Shown one piece after another: positions 9,862 to 20,000 of a stretch of DNA of 20,000 nt (within the stretch, counting starts at the first letter, position 1; the number at the start of each line of letters is the position of its first letter). Origin of the DNA: Chiloscyllium plagiosum (taxonomy: Eukaryota); assembly GCF_004010195.1 (NCBI RefSeq), contig NC_057750.1, positions 3,616,654 through 3,636,653 of the forward strand. The letters are read 5' to 3'. Under the pieces are notes generated by a model. It saw only the letters and a program-made list of their open reading frames with translations. It did no database searches and was not told where the DNA came from. The translations under genes were made by a program, and so were the position numbers.

Positions 9862-11767
9862 CAAAAAAAGCTATAAAGGAAAGTAAGATAGATTATGAGA
9901 GTAAACTAGCTCAGAATATAAAGACAGATAGCAAAAGTTTCTGTAAATATATAAAATGATAAAAAAGTGGCTAAGGTAAACATTGGTCCTTTACAGGATG
10001 AGAAGGAGGAATTAATAATGGGATACAAGGAAATGGTCAAGGCATTGAACAGGTATTTTGTATCGGTCTTTACAATGGACGACACTAATAACATGCCAGA
10101 AATTGACAAGGAGACAAAGTAGGTGAGGATCTGGAGATAATCATTATCATGAAAGTGGCAGTGTTAGGCAAGATAATGGAGCTAAAGGTAGACAAGTCTC
10201 CTGGTCCTGATGGAATGCATCCCAGGGTACTAAAATATATGGTGGGAGAAATAGCAAATGCACTTGTGGTAATTTTCCAAATTTCGCTGGACTCTGGGGC
10301 AGTTCAGCAGACTAGAAGACAGCAAATGTGACGACACTGTTTAACAAAGGAGGTAGACAAAAGATGGGGAATTATGGACCAGTTAGCTTAACTTCTGTAG
10401 TGGGAAAAAAATGCTTGAATCTATTATAAAGGAAGAAATAGCAAGACATCTAGATAGAAATTGTCCCATTGGGCAGATGCAGCATGGTTTCATGAAAGGC
10501 AGGTCATGTTTAACTAATCTACTGGAATTCTGTGACGACTTTACAAGCAAGGTGGACAACAGGGAACCAGTACATGTATCTAGATTTCCAAAAAGCATTC
10601 GACAAGGTGCTGCACAAAAGGTTGCTGCATAAGATAAAGATGCATGGTGTTACTTGTAATGTCTTAGCATGGATAGAGGATTGGTTAACTAACAGGAAGC
10701 AAAGAGTGGGGATAAATGAGTGTTTTTCTGGTTGGTGATCAGTGACTAGAGGTGTGTTTCAGGGATCAGTGTTAGGACCACAATTATTCACAATTTACAT
10801 AGATGATTTGGAGTTGGGGACCATATGTCATGTATCAATGTTTGCAGATGACACTAAGATGAGTGGTAGAGCAAAGTGTGTAGAAGATTGTGAAACTTTG
10901 CAGAGAGACATAGATAGTTTAAGTGAGTGGGCAAAGGTCTGGCAGATCGAGTACAATGTTAATAACTGTGAAGTCATCCATTTCTGTAGGAATAACAGTA
11001 AGAAGGACTATTATTTGAATGATAAAACATTACAGCATGCTGCTGTGCAGAGGGACCTGGGTATCCTTGTGCAAGAATCACAGAGGGTTGGCCTGCAGGT
11101 GCAACAGGTAATTAAGAAGGAAAATAGAATTTTGTCCTTTGTTGCTAAAGGGATTAAGTTAAAAAGCAGGGAGATTATGTTGCAGTTGTATAGGTGCTGC
11201 TGAGGCCACACCCAGAGTACTGCAAACAGTTTTAGTCTCCTTACTTAAGAAAAGATATACTGGCACTAAGGGGGTGCAGAGGAGGTTCACTAGGTTGATT
11301 CTGTATTTGTGAAGGTTGGCTTATGAGGAGACACTGAGTAGACTGGGATTATATTCATTAGAATTTAGAAGAATAAGAGGGATCTTATAGAAACACATAA
11401 AATTATCATAAGCAATAGATAAGATAGAAGTACAGAGTATGTTTCTACTGGTGGGTGAAACTAGGACAAGAGGGCACAGCCTCAAAATTAGGGGGAGCAG
11501 ATTTAGGACTGATTTGAGAATGAACTTCTTCACCAGAGGGTTGTGAATCTGTGCAATTCCATCCCAGTGAAGTAGTTGAGGCCTCCTCATTGAATGTTTT
11601 TAAAGCTAAGATAAATCATTTTTTGAACAGTAAAGGAATTAAGGGTTATGGTGAGAGGGTGGGTAAGTGGAGCTGAGGCCATGAAATGATCAGCCATGGT
11701 TTTATTGAATGGCAGAGCAGGCTTGAAGGGCCAAATAGCCTACTCCTACTCCTATTCCTTATGTTCT
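9862..11767 (+). mobile_element. CR1 LINE copy B, 5'-truncated ORF2 pseudogene with the whole RT domain and 3' UTR, nested in copy A
   Basis: KSPGPDGMHPRVLK, QHGFMKGRSCLTNLLEF, YLDFQKAFDKV, GVFQGSVLGPQLFTIYIDDL, MFADDTK, QRDLG. Frameshifts and stops are present. It ends gaagggccaaatagcctactcctactcctattccttatgttct. Confidence 0.95.
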
Positions 11768-11854
11768 AAACACAGGCAATTGGCACTAGTTTTGTTTGGG
11801 AATGTGGTTGGTGTGGACTAGTTAGATCGAAGGGTGTTTTCCCATGACTCTATA
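11768..11854 (+). mobile_element. Remainder of the 3' UTR of CR1 copy A
   Basis: aaacacaggcaattggcactagttttgtttggg...gaagggtgtttt...atgactctata matches the uninterrupted 3' UTR at 6870-6980. Confidence 0.85.
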
Positions 11855-11899
11855 CGAGGAAGACTACATTACTGGTGCTACCAAAGTGATCACGCCCCT

Positions 11900-12205
11900 T
11901 TAAATCATATCGCTCCTTGAATTGAGACATTAAACCAAAGCTCCTCTGCCATTTGAAGCAACTGAAAGGATCTAATGACACTCTGCAAAAAACTGGAATT
12001 CTCATTGGTGTCCTGGTTTGATATGTATGTCTCAAACAACACGGGTAAAAAAAGGCTATCTGGACATTAATGTATTGTTGTTTGTGGGAACATGCTGTGA
12101 GCAAATTGTCTTCCACATTTCCTATGTTGCAAGAATAACTGCACTTCAAAAATTCATAATTAGCTAAAAAAACACTTTTGGATGTCCTGGAGCAATAAAA
12201 TGTTG
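11900..12205 (+). mobile_element. Deu-domain SINE (SacSINE1/AmnSINE1-like), decayed, with L2-like tail
   Basis: gagacattaaaccaaag...ggtgtcctgg...tatctggacatta...ttgtttgtgggaacatgctgtgagcaaattg...tttcctatgttgcaa...cacttcaaaaa...ttttggatgtcctg. Confidence 0.72.
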
Positions 12206-12256
12206 CACCACCTGCATGAAAACTACATGGAGTACCTTTAATTGTTTATTCTTGTT

Positions 12257-12312
12257 TGGTGCAGACATGGTGGGCTGAAGGGCCTGTTCCTGTGCTATAC
12301 TATTCTATGTTC
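12257..12312 (+). mobile_element. Extremely 5'-truncated CR1/HE1-type 3' tail
   Basis: ggtgcagacatggtgggctgaagggcctgttcctgtgctatactattctatgttc matches the tail at 14657-14694 (opposite strand) and 6940-6980. Confidence 0.8.
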
Positions 12313-12629
12313 ATGAATATATTAAAATAGCATAGTTTATAGTAAAATGAAACATGCAGTTGATTTTGAAATATCAACAAGTTTAAAATAACACAGATCT
12401 TACACAGAATTTTCCCAAGCAACATAAAAGCTTTTCTAATTTTTTTCCTCTAAAACTGCCATACTTCTTTAAATCCAACAGACTAATTAATGCTGCCAGG
12501 AGACTGTCATATTTCAGTTAACTAAATTATTTGTTTTTTTTTTCAAGTATGCACACAACCAATCATGAATTCTTGATTTTGTGACAATTGGGAATGAGAT
12601 GTTAAATTTTAAATCTTGGGACAGCCCTG

Positions 12630-12870
12630 ACTGACAGCCAAAGGCAACAAATGGGCCTGACTTTCTGCATCCTATCATGGAGACCAAGATGAGAGAACAG
12701 CCTGGCTGAACCTATTTGTTTACTGTTTGGTTTGGAAGACTCCAAACATTACTGCACGAAAACCACAGAGCCTGGCAGACATAAATATGTCAGGGATTGA
12801 ACAACAAACACCTTGTTTGGTTTGTCTGTTTACTTATCTTGATCTATCAAAACAACAGCAAAGTATTTTC
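12630..12870. promoter_or_regulatory. Candidate enhancer: cluster of forkhead motifs with an abutting GATA site
   Basis: TATTTGTTTAC 12713-12723; TGTTTAC 12827-12833 overlapping CTTATCT 12833-12839; TGTTTGGTTTG twice (12724, 12814); CAAACA twice. The sequence does not resemble a repeat I recognise. Confidence 0.35.
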
Positions 12871-13449
12871 AAAATCTAGCCTCATCCACGAGGTTATAAA
12901 TCACAGCCCTCCATTTAGTTATGAAGAAATGTGAACAGAATTCTGTCAGAGGTTAGAAACAGAGCTGGAGATGCAAAATGACCCAGGCATAGAATGTAGT
13001 AAGCCCTTAAAATATGTTGTTGTATTTCACTCATTTGCTCCCTCAGAAGCTTTACTCATATCCATAGATAATAGTAAGCAGTTGCATCTCAAAAAAACCT
13101 ACGAGTATTGTATACTTTACCATATAAGGTGTATTCTTTGCCATATGAAGGTTAGTGGGACCATTTAATTCATAAATGCAGTTCCCACTACATTGGTTAA
13201 TACATGGAACGCCGAATGATCTCTCCTGTTCTCCAGCATGTAGAAAATTATATCCCAGTCGACCACAAATACAGAATAAATTACAATCAGTTTATTTACA
13301 ATTGAAATAATACATAGAAGTAAAAGTCATAACAAGCTAGCTATCCTGTAGAATGCATGGTATTGTGTATTAGGGATGTGTTTTATAGTGAGAAGAGTTA
13401 CCCTGTATCAATACATATCAAAAATGAAGATGGCACACCCATCATTCTC

Positions 13450-14620
13450 TGCGGTTATGGTCAATATGCAATCACAGTTCCACAAGACTGGAACAGCTCC
13501 CATCAAAATCACAAATAATATGCTATGGATTTGTGACATAGGTAAGTTTTCCCTTCTTTTTCCTCTCAACCTGACTGCAGCCTTTGACATGGTTGATCAC
13601 ATCATTCCCCTGCAATATATTTGCTGTAATGTGGTTCCATTCTTATCAATATAATGATAGCCAGAGAATCACTTGCAATCTCTTTCTTTTTCCATCTCCC
13701 ATCCCTTTATTTCCAGTCTTTCCCAAGATTCTATCCTTGATGGACACCCTTCTGTTTCTTATCTCTGCTGCCCCATGGTAATATCAGTAGACATAACATT
13801 TGTTTTAATACATACACTGATGACTCCCATTTCTACCTCACTACCACTTCTTTCAATTTGTCCACTGCAGTAAATGATAAGACTTCTCATCCACTATCCA
13901 TTACTGAATGAGCAGAAAGTTTCTCCAATTAAATACTTGAAAGAATGAAGCTATGTTTTGGCCACCACTCCAAAACCCCATTCCCTAACTACAAATTCTA
14001 TACCTCTTTCTGGTAACAATGAAAGTAAGCAAGTCGATTTACAAAACAGTGGTGTCACATTTTATCATGTCCCTGTCTTAGCTCGTTTGCTGTTGAAACC
14101 CTCATCCATTCCAGTGATACCCCTGGACTCACCTATTCCAACACGCTCTTCGCCAGTTTCCACATTATACCTTCTGTAAACTTTGGGTCATCCAAAACTT
14201 TGATGTCTTAACTCAAAAGTGCCATTCCCTGTCACCCTGTCTTGACTGACCTACACTGGCTTCTGGTCAAGCAATGTCTTCACTTCAAAAGTTTCATCTT
14301 TGTTTTCAAATCCTTCTATGGCCTGGCCTCACCTTATCATTGTAATACGTTTCAACTGCACCATTCACCAAGATATCATTTAACTCCAGCCTGTTTTGCA
14401 TTCCCAGTTACAATTGCTGCGCGATGAGGGGCTGTATCTTCAATTGCCTTAGCCTCAAAATCTGGAATTACCTCCCTACAACTTTCCACCTCTCTACCTC
14501 ACTTTCCTTCATTAAGATCACTTCTTAAAACCTATCTTTTTAAGCTGGATTTTGGTCATGTGACCTAATATCTCCATAAGTGATGTCATGTTTTGTTTTA
14601 CAATGGAGCTGTGAAGCACC
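13450..14620 (+). mobile_element. Decayed L2-clade LINE (RT domain to 3' UTR)
   Basis: HKTGTAPIKITNNML...LNLTAAFDMVDHII resembles L2 HSTETALxKVTNDIL...LDLSAAFDTVDH. TDLHWLLVKQCLHFKSFIFVFKSFYGLASPY resembles the L2 C-terminal LHWLP..RI.FK...GLAP.YL. The UTR runs to gtgaagcacc. Confidence 0.85.
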
Positions 14621-14656
14621 CTTTTTTCTATTATATCACAATAAATGTACAAAGTA

Positions 14657-15283
14657 AACATAGAACATAGAACAATACAGCACAGAACAGGCCCTGGAAA
14701 AAGTTTCTTACTGTCTACTCTATCTATTCCTCTGATCATCTTATAAACCTCTGTCAAGTCACCCCTCATCCTTCGCCGTTCCAACGAGAAAAGGCCGAGA
14801 ACTCTCAACCTATCCTCGTACGACTTATTCTCCATTCCAGGCAACATCCTGGTAAATCTTCTCTGCACCCTCTCCAAAGCTTCCACATCTTTCCTAAAGT
14901 GAGGTGACCAGAACTGCACACAGTACTCCAACTGTGGCCTAACCCAAGTCCTGTACAGCTGCAACATCACTTCACGACTCTTGAATTCAATCCCTCTGCT
15001 AATGTACGATAATACTCCATAGGCCTTCTTACAAACTCTATCCACCTGAGTGGCAACCTTCAAAGATCTATGTACATAGACCCCAAGATCCCTCTGTTCC
15101 TCCACCTGACTAAGAACCCTACCATTAACCCTGTATTCCGCATTCTTATTTGTTCTTCCAAAATGGACAACCTCACACTTGGCAGGGTTGAACTCCATCT
15201 GCCACTCCTCAGCCCAGCTCTGCATCATATCTAAGTCCCTCTGCAGCCGACAACAGCCCTCCTCACTGTCCACAACTCCACCT
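14657..15283 (-). mobile_element. Young 5'-truncated CR1 LINE fragment with an internal 3' deletion, inserted in the L2 tail
   Basis: Uninterrupted frame IGGVVDSEEGCCRLQRDLD...RPQLEYCVQFWSPH...RGDLTEVYKMIRGIDRVD, joined directly to the terminal gggcctgttctgtgctgtattgttctatgttctatgtt. Confidence 0.95.
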
Positions 15284-15299
15284 ATTAAATTAAATGCAT

Positions 15300-15340
15300 T
15301 ATATTCAATGCATTGCATAAATATAAGTTGTTGTTATTGT
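15300..15340 (+). mobile_element. Probable extreme 3' tail of the L2 element at 13450-14620
   Basis: gcataaatataagttgttgttattg resembles the L2 terminus ctatataaatgcaagttgttgtt. Confidence 0.5.
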
Positions 15341-16479
15341 GATGTTGTAAAGTGGGATTCCCAGTCTGCATCTCGACATAAAATTAGCCCCCATATATGA
15401 ATTTGTCTATTTGTTTAAAAACAAAATAATTCAAAAATCAATAGTAGATTTTGTCTACAAATTGTGCCAACTCTGAAGTTCTGAGGGGCCTTTCCTGATC
15501 CCCTGCTGGTGTGTGAACAAGAAATTTCCCAACACAGATATTTCACTGTAAAGTTAATAGCAAGAAAACAATTCAGGGCTACTTTCTCTGATGGTAAAGT
15601 ATGGGAAAAATGTTGCCAAGTGGCACATATCAAAGACAAATAAGGCCTAAAGATGCTAACAAATGTGTTCTGCTTTGAAGTTCAAATGATTTCTTAATCA
15701 ATTGTCAAAGTATAAAACAAAACTCAACACTCAAGGCATTAAATGAGTAGCTCAAACAGCTTAATAGTCTGTTTGCAATATCTGACATATATGGATACAA
15801 TTCTGCCACATGCATTAGCATTTTAAATAATAATTCTAATATCAAACTAGCTACCTATGACCTGAAATGAGACATTTGCCCCTTGGCTAACATTCCATCT
15901 TTCATCTTGAACTGTAAGTGATAACAGACAACTTCCAATTTAACTCTAGCAATTTTAAGGATACAAATATTAAGGTTTAACGTTGCACTCCTGTTGCAGA
16001 ATCCACACATCGGCTTGGCACATAGTTTGAGAACAAATGCATAAGAAATATGCATTTCTATTTATCTCTAGGTTTGCTACAATGAATTTAAATATTGCCA
16101 GATGGAATTTAAAGCTGTTCCAAATGGGTAAACAATTTATGCCACCTGCGCCCCATGGCCTAACCCACCTTGCCCTCTGCTTAGATTTATGGGTAAGTAG
16201 GTATTTTATGACTTAGCAAAAATAGACTGATTTATTGTTAGTTTGGAGTTGAACCTTTTGCTGATCTAAGCCCACTATATTAATTGATCAATGATTCAAT
16301 AATATCCCCACAAATTTTCAAAAGCTTTTTTTTCACTCTGATGCTATGAACTGTAGTCGAAAACTACATCTATCTCAAAAATATAAAAAGCCACAGGGAA
16401 ATTCCAACCATATAATTTTTTAAGATAAGATGTGTTTCTATTTGGAGAAGTTTTTAATAGAAGATATATTTGCATTGAA

Positions 16480-16940
16480 GGCAATACAGTGAAGATTAAG
16501 TTGATTCGTCCATGGGATGAAAGGAGTAGTCTATGATGAGAGGCTGAGTAAATTGGGTCTATATTCTCTGGAGTTGAAGAGAGGTAATTTGATTGAAACA
16601 TACAAGTTTATGAAAGGGTTTGGCAGACACAGAGCTTGTTACCCCCTGGTGGAGAGCCCAGAATATCGGGCATAGACTCAGGATAAAGGTCCAACCATTT
16701 AGGACTGATATGAGGAGAAATTTCTTCATTCAAATGGTTGTGAATCTTTGGAATTCTTGAACTGGATTTTCCATCATGTCTATACGTGAAGCCAAGAGAA
16801 GCAGATTTATAGTATTCCAAGGCACTAAGAGATAAAGGGAGTAGGTAGGAGAATGGAGTTGAATTCAAAAAACTGCCCTTTTCATACTTGATTGATTTAC
16901 AGGCCCTTTGGTCTATCACTACTTCTATATCTTATGTTTT
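16480..16940 (+). mobile_element. Decayed CR1 3' fragment
   Basis: gtctatgatgagaggctgagtaaattgggtctatattctctggag (YDERLSKLGLYSLE), ttgattgaaacatacaag (LIETYK), atgaggagaaatttcttc, ttgtgaatctttggaattc. The tail reads ctatatcttatgtt. Confidence 0.85.
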
Positions 16941-17284
16941 TATTAAAATATTTCCCAAAGTTGGGGCTGGTACCGCAAGTGGGACCACTAGCTAATGTTT
17001 GAGGGTTATGAGCTCTGAGGCAGTAATAGCCACCATGGTGCTCCAAATAAGTTACAGTAGGTGTGCTCCCAATTAAACATATTCGGAATTGCTGTGCCAC
17101 CTTGTTCCTCATTTAGCAATTCTATTGCACCATAAAGGTAAAGATATAAAACCCTTGTTAAAAATTATGGACTGTACAACTGGGTCCTAGCATAGTGGAT
17201 GAATTATAAAAGATAATTTTACGCATTAACTCTACTAGTGCAGCGAAGTGCACTATACATTTCATTGAATTGCAGTGATAGATT

Positions 17285-17462
17285 CAGTTTCCAGCTTCAT
17301 AGCTCTTCTCCTTAAATCTACCTCTTCAATATGCTTTTGCTCATAAAATCATAATATCTCCTTAAATGACTGCAGCAGATTTTCCTTGGCAATGGTCCCT
17401 GAGAATCATCTTGTATCCTTTTACTAAGTCAAAGGTACGATATAAATTCAAGTTCTTTTTTT
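17285..17462 (+). mobile_element. Decayed L2 3' end
   Basis: ctccttaaatctacctctt...cttttgctcat...taatatctcctta parallels 14520-14578 (cttcttaaaacctatcttt...ttttggtcat...taatatctccata). It ends gatataaattcaagttctttt. Confidence 0.6.
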
Positions 17463-17810
17463 ATCTGTGCATATCTTGACACATGGGAATTTATAAAAAT
17501 ATTCAAGATATTTAGAAAAAAAAGGTTAAGGACATGATAATGAAAGTAACTTAATCCCTATTGCTCACTCCATTATTCAAGCCCTGTCCCAAGACTTGAT
17601 CTACAACTTTCCCATTACAGTATAAGACCTTTGTCCATTTTGAATTCCATCTTCATCAGAAATCAATCCATTTCTCTTCCTCAAATTTCAGTGGACACTA
17701 GGTGGCACTGTTTATTGGCATGATTTGGAGATGCCGGTGTTGGACTGGGGTGTACAAAGTTAAAAATCACACAACACCAGGTTATAGTCCAACAGGTTTA
17801 ATTGGAAGCA

Positions 17811-17845
17811 CACTAGCTTTCGGAGCGACGCTCCTTCATCAGGTG
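17811..17845 (-). ncRNA. Minimal type I hammerhead ribozyme at the Penelope terminus
   Basis: Minus strand reads CAC-CUGAUGA-A-GGAGC-GUC-GCUCC-GAAA-G-CUA-GUG. Helix I is CAC/GUG, helix II is 5 bp, helix III is the palindrome AGCU, and the NUH triplet is CUA. Confidence 0.78.
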
Positions 17846-18128
17846 GGCGGCACAGTGGCACAGTGGTTAGCACTTCTGCCTCACAGCGCCAGAGACCCGG
17901 GTTCAATTCCCGCCTCAGGCGACTGACTGTGTGGAGTTTGCACATTCTCCCCGTGTCTGCGTGGGTTTCCTCTGGGTGCTCCGGTTTCCTCCCACAGTCC
18001 AAAGATATGCAGGTAAGGTGAATTGGTCATGCTAAATTGCCCATAGTGTTAGGTAAGGGGTAAATGTAGGGGTATGGGTGGGCTGCGCTTCGGCGGGTCG
18101 GTGTGGATGTAATGTAATAATGTAAAAA
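17845..18128 (+). mobile_element. Young HE1-type SINE inserted in the Penelope terminus
   Basis: Starts gggcggcacagtggcacagtggttagc (A box) and has B box GGTTCAATTCC at 17900-17910. It has a V-domain core with CpGs retained, and a tail tgtaatgtaataatgtaaaaaa. Confidence 0.95.
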
Positions 18129-18289
18129 ATGACAGTGGAGGGCTCAATGCTAACGCAGAATTTATAGCAAAAATTTACAGTGTGATGTAACTGAAATTAT
18201 GCATTGAAAAATTGATTGTCTGTTAAGTCTTTCATCTGTTAGAATACAGTGATAGTTTCACTTCTTTCATGTGTAAATCACAAAACCTT

Positions 18290-18692
18290 NNNNNNNNNNN
18301 NNNNNNNNNNNNNNNNNNNNNNNNNNNNNNNNNNNNNNNNNNNNNNNNNNNNNNNNNNNNNNNNNNNNNNNNNNNNNNNNNNNNNNNNNNNNNNNNNNNN
18401 NNNNNNNNNNNNNNNNNNNNNNNNNNNNNNNNNNNNNNNNNNNNNNNNNNNNNNNNNNNNNNNNNNNNNNNNNNNNNNNNNNNNNNNNNNNNNNNNNNNN
18501 NNNNNNNNNNNNNNNNNNNNNNNNNNNNNNNNNNNNNNNNNNNNNNNNNNNNNNNNNNNNNNNNNNNNNNNNNNNNNNNNNNNNNNNNNNNNNNNNNNNN
18601 NNNNNNNNNNNNNNNNNNNNNNNNNNNNNNNNNNNNNNNNNNNNNNNNNNNNNNNNNNNNNNNNNNNNNNNNNNNNNNNNNNNNNNNNNNNN
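18290..18692. other. Assembly gap (~403 N) next to a (TG)n microsatellite
   Basis: Run of N followed by TG repeats at 18693-18741. Confidence 1.
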
Positions 18693-18754
18693 TGTGCATG
18701 TGAGAGTGTGTGTGTGTGTAGGAATATCTGTGTGTGTGTGTAGTGCAATGGTGA

Positions 18755-20000
18755 TCACCTGTAATGTGACATGAACCCAAGGTCCTGGTTGAGGTCCTCC
18801 CTATGGGTACCGAACTTAGCTATCAGCCTCTGCTCAGCCACTTTTCTCTGCTGCCTGTCCCGAAGTCCACCTTGGAGGATGGTCACCCGAAGGTCCGAGG
18901 CTGAATGTCCTGGACCACTGAAGTGTTCCCCAATTGGGAGGGAACCCTCCTGTCTGTTGATTATTGTGTAGTGCCCATTCATCCGTTGTCGTAGCCTTTG
19001 CTCAGTTTCCCCAATGTACCATGCCTCCGGGCATCCTTGCCTGCAATGTATAAGATAGACAACGTGGGCTGAGTCACATGAGTACCTGCCATGTACAAGG
19101 TGGGAGGTGTCCCTCTGACATGTCTTGCAGCGTCTACCATGACAGGGGTGTATGGAGTTATCCTGAGAGCTGGGCAGTTTGCTACGAACAACGATCTGTT
19201 TGAGGTTTGGCGGTTGTTTAAAGGCAAGTAGTGGAGGTGTGGGGAAGGTCTTGGTGAGGTGCTCATCCTCATTGATAATGTGTTGCAGGTCACGAAGAAC
19301 ATGGTGTAATTTTTCAGCTCCTGGGAAATACTGAACAATGAAGGGTACCCTGTCAGTTGCAGCATGTGTCTGTCTCCTGAGGAGGTCATTACAGTTCCTT
19401 GCTGTGGCACGTCGGAACTAGTGGTCGATGAGTTGAGCATCGTACCCCGTTCTTGTGAGGGCATCCTTAAGTACTTCCAGGTGTCCGTCACGTTCTTCCT
19501 CATCTGACCAGATCTGGTGTATGTGTAGGACTTGTCCATAGGGGATGGCTGTTTTAATATGTTTTTTGGGTGGAAGCTGGAGAAGTGTAGCATTGTGAGG
19601 TTGTCTGTGGGTTTGCGGTAGAGTGTGGTGCTGAGGTGTCCATCCTTGATGGAGATGCATGTGTCCAAGAATGAGACAGATAGTCAAGAGTAGTCCATGG
19701 TGAGTTTGATGGTGGGATGAAACCTGTTGATGTCACAGTGTAGTTTTGTCAGTGACTCCTCGCCATGGGTCCAGAGGAAGAAAATGTCGTCAATGTACCT
19801 GGTGTACAATGTCGGTTGGAGATCCTGCATAGAGAAGAAGTCTTGTTCGAACCTGTGCATAAAAATGTTGGCATATTGGGATGCAAATTTGGTCCCCATG
19901 GCTGTTCCGTGTGTCTGGATGAAGAACTGGTTGTCAAAGGTGAAGACGTTGTAACCAAGGATAAAACGGATGAGTTGTAGGATGGTGTTTGGAGATTGGC
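18755..20000 (-). pseudogene. Disrupted Penelope ORF (reverse transcriptase + GIY-YIG endonuclease), 5' part outside the window
   Basis: Homology is split across ORFs 19684..19899, 18979..19668, 19418..19687 and 18755..18982 by frameshifts and stops. Confidence 0.92.

Larger units (their letters stand above)
17715..20000 (-). mobile_element. Penelope-like element (Neptune-type), 3' part: RT, linker, GIY-YIG endonuclease, 3' UTR and terminus; interrupted by a SINE and a gap
   Basis: RT motifs QTHGTAMGTKFASQYANIFM, RYIDDIFFLW, FHPTIKLT, TLYRKPTD. Cys linker PCHGRRCKTC. Endonuclease VVYLIHCRQGCPEAWYIGETEQRLRQRMNGH...EQRLI...LN. A (CA)n tract follows the stop, and a hammerhead lies at the terminus. 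Confidence 0.92.

Noticed and set aside
13120..13290. Open minus-strand frame FCICGRLGYNFLHAGEQERSFGVPCINQCSGNC
   Set aside because: No convincing acceptor and no recognisable family; the length is compatible with chance.
17236..17255. Perfect 7-bp hairpin tagtgca-gcgaag-tgcacta
   Set aside because: Too short; expected by chance in 20 kb.
17265..17400. Protein-like minus-strand frame TIAKENLLQSFKEIL*FYEQKHIEEVDLRRRAMKLETE
   Set aside because: It has an in-frame stop and is better explained as the antisense of an L2 3' UTR.
17845..17920. tRNA-like A/B boxes (also ~720-785 and ~7755-7835)
   Set aside because: These are SINE heads, not tRNA genes; each continues into a SINE body.
18232..18780. 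Several 144-182 aa ORFs with THTH/CVCV runs
   Set aside because: These come from the N gap plus the (TG)n microsatellite.
1..20000. Prokaryotic-type systems (CRISPR, retron, RT-nuclease defence locus)
   Set aside because: No repeat-spacer array or operon structure. The RT and GIY-YIG domains belong to eukaryotic retrotransposons.

Overview
Repeat-dense, gene-poor vertebrate genomic DNA, almost certainly from a cartilaginous fish (shark), inferred from HE1-type SINEs, HER1/CR1-type LINEs and Deu-domain SINEs. There are two assembly gaps (8711-9210, 18290-18692). I recognise no host protein-coding gene. The window is a layered set of mobile elements: several CR1 fragments (two nested), decayed L2, tRNA-derived SINEs, a Rex1-like tail, a decayed Harbinger-type Myb/SANT gene that still shows its intron, and the 3' part of a Neptune-type Penelope-like element (RT + GIY-YIG) on the minus strand. 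The most interesting signal is RNA-structural. A minimal hammerhead ribozyme core lies at the Penelope terminus (17811-17845, minus). Three short (150-200 bp) non-coding fold-back elements (4053-4248, 5691-5872, 6175-6327) are each flanked by an 11-14 bp direct repeat and carry an intact, damaged or relic hammerhead core. They look like a non-autonomous, ribozyme-bearing family mobilised by Penelope machinery. A FOX/GATA motif cluster near 12.7-12.85 kb and one candidate exon are also noted. All family names come from recalled consensus resemblance, not from database searches.
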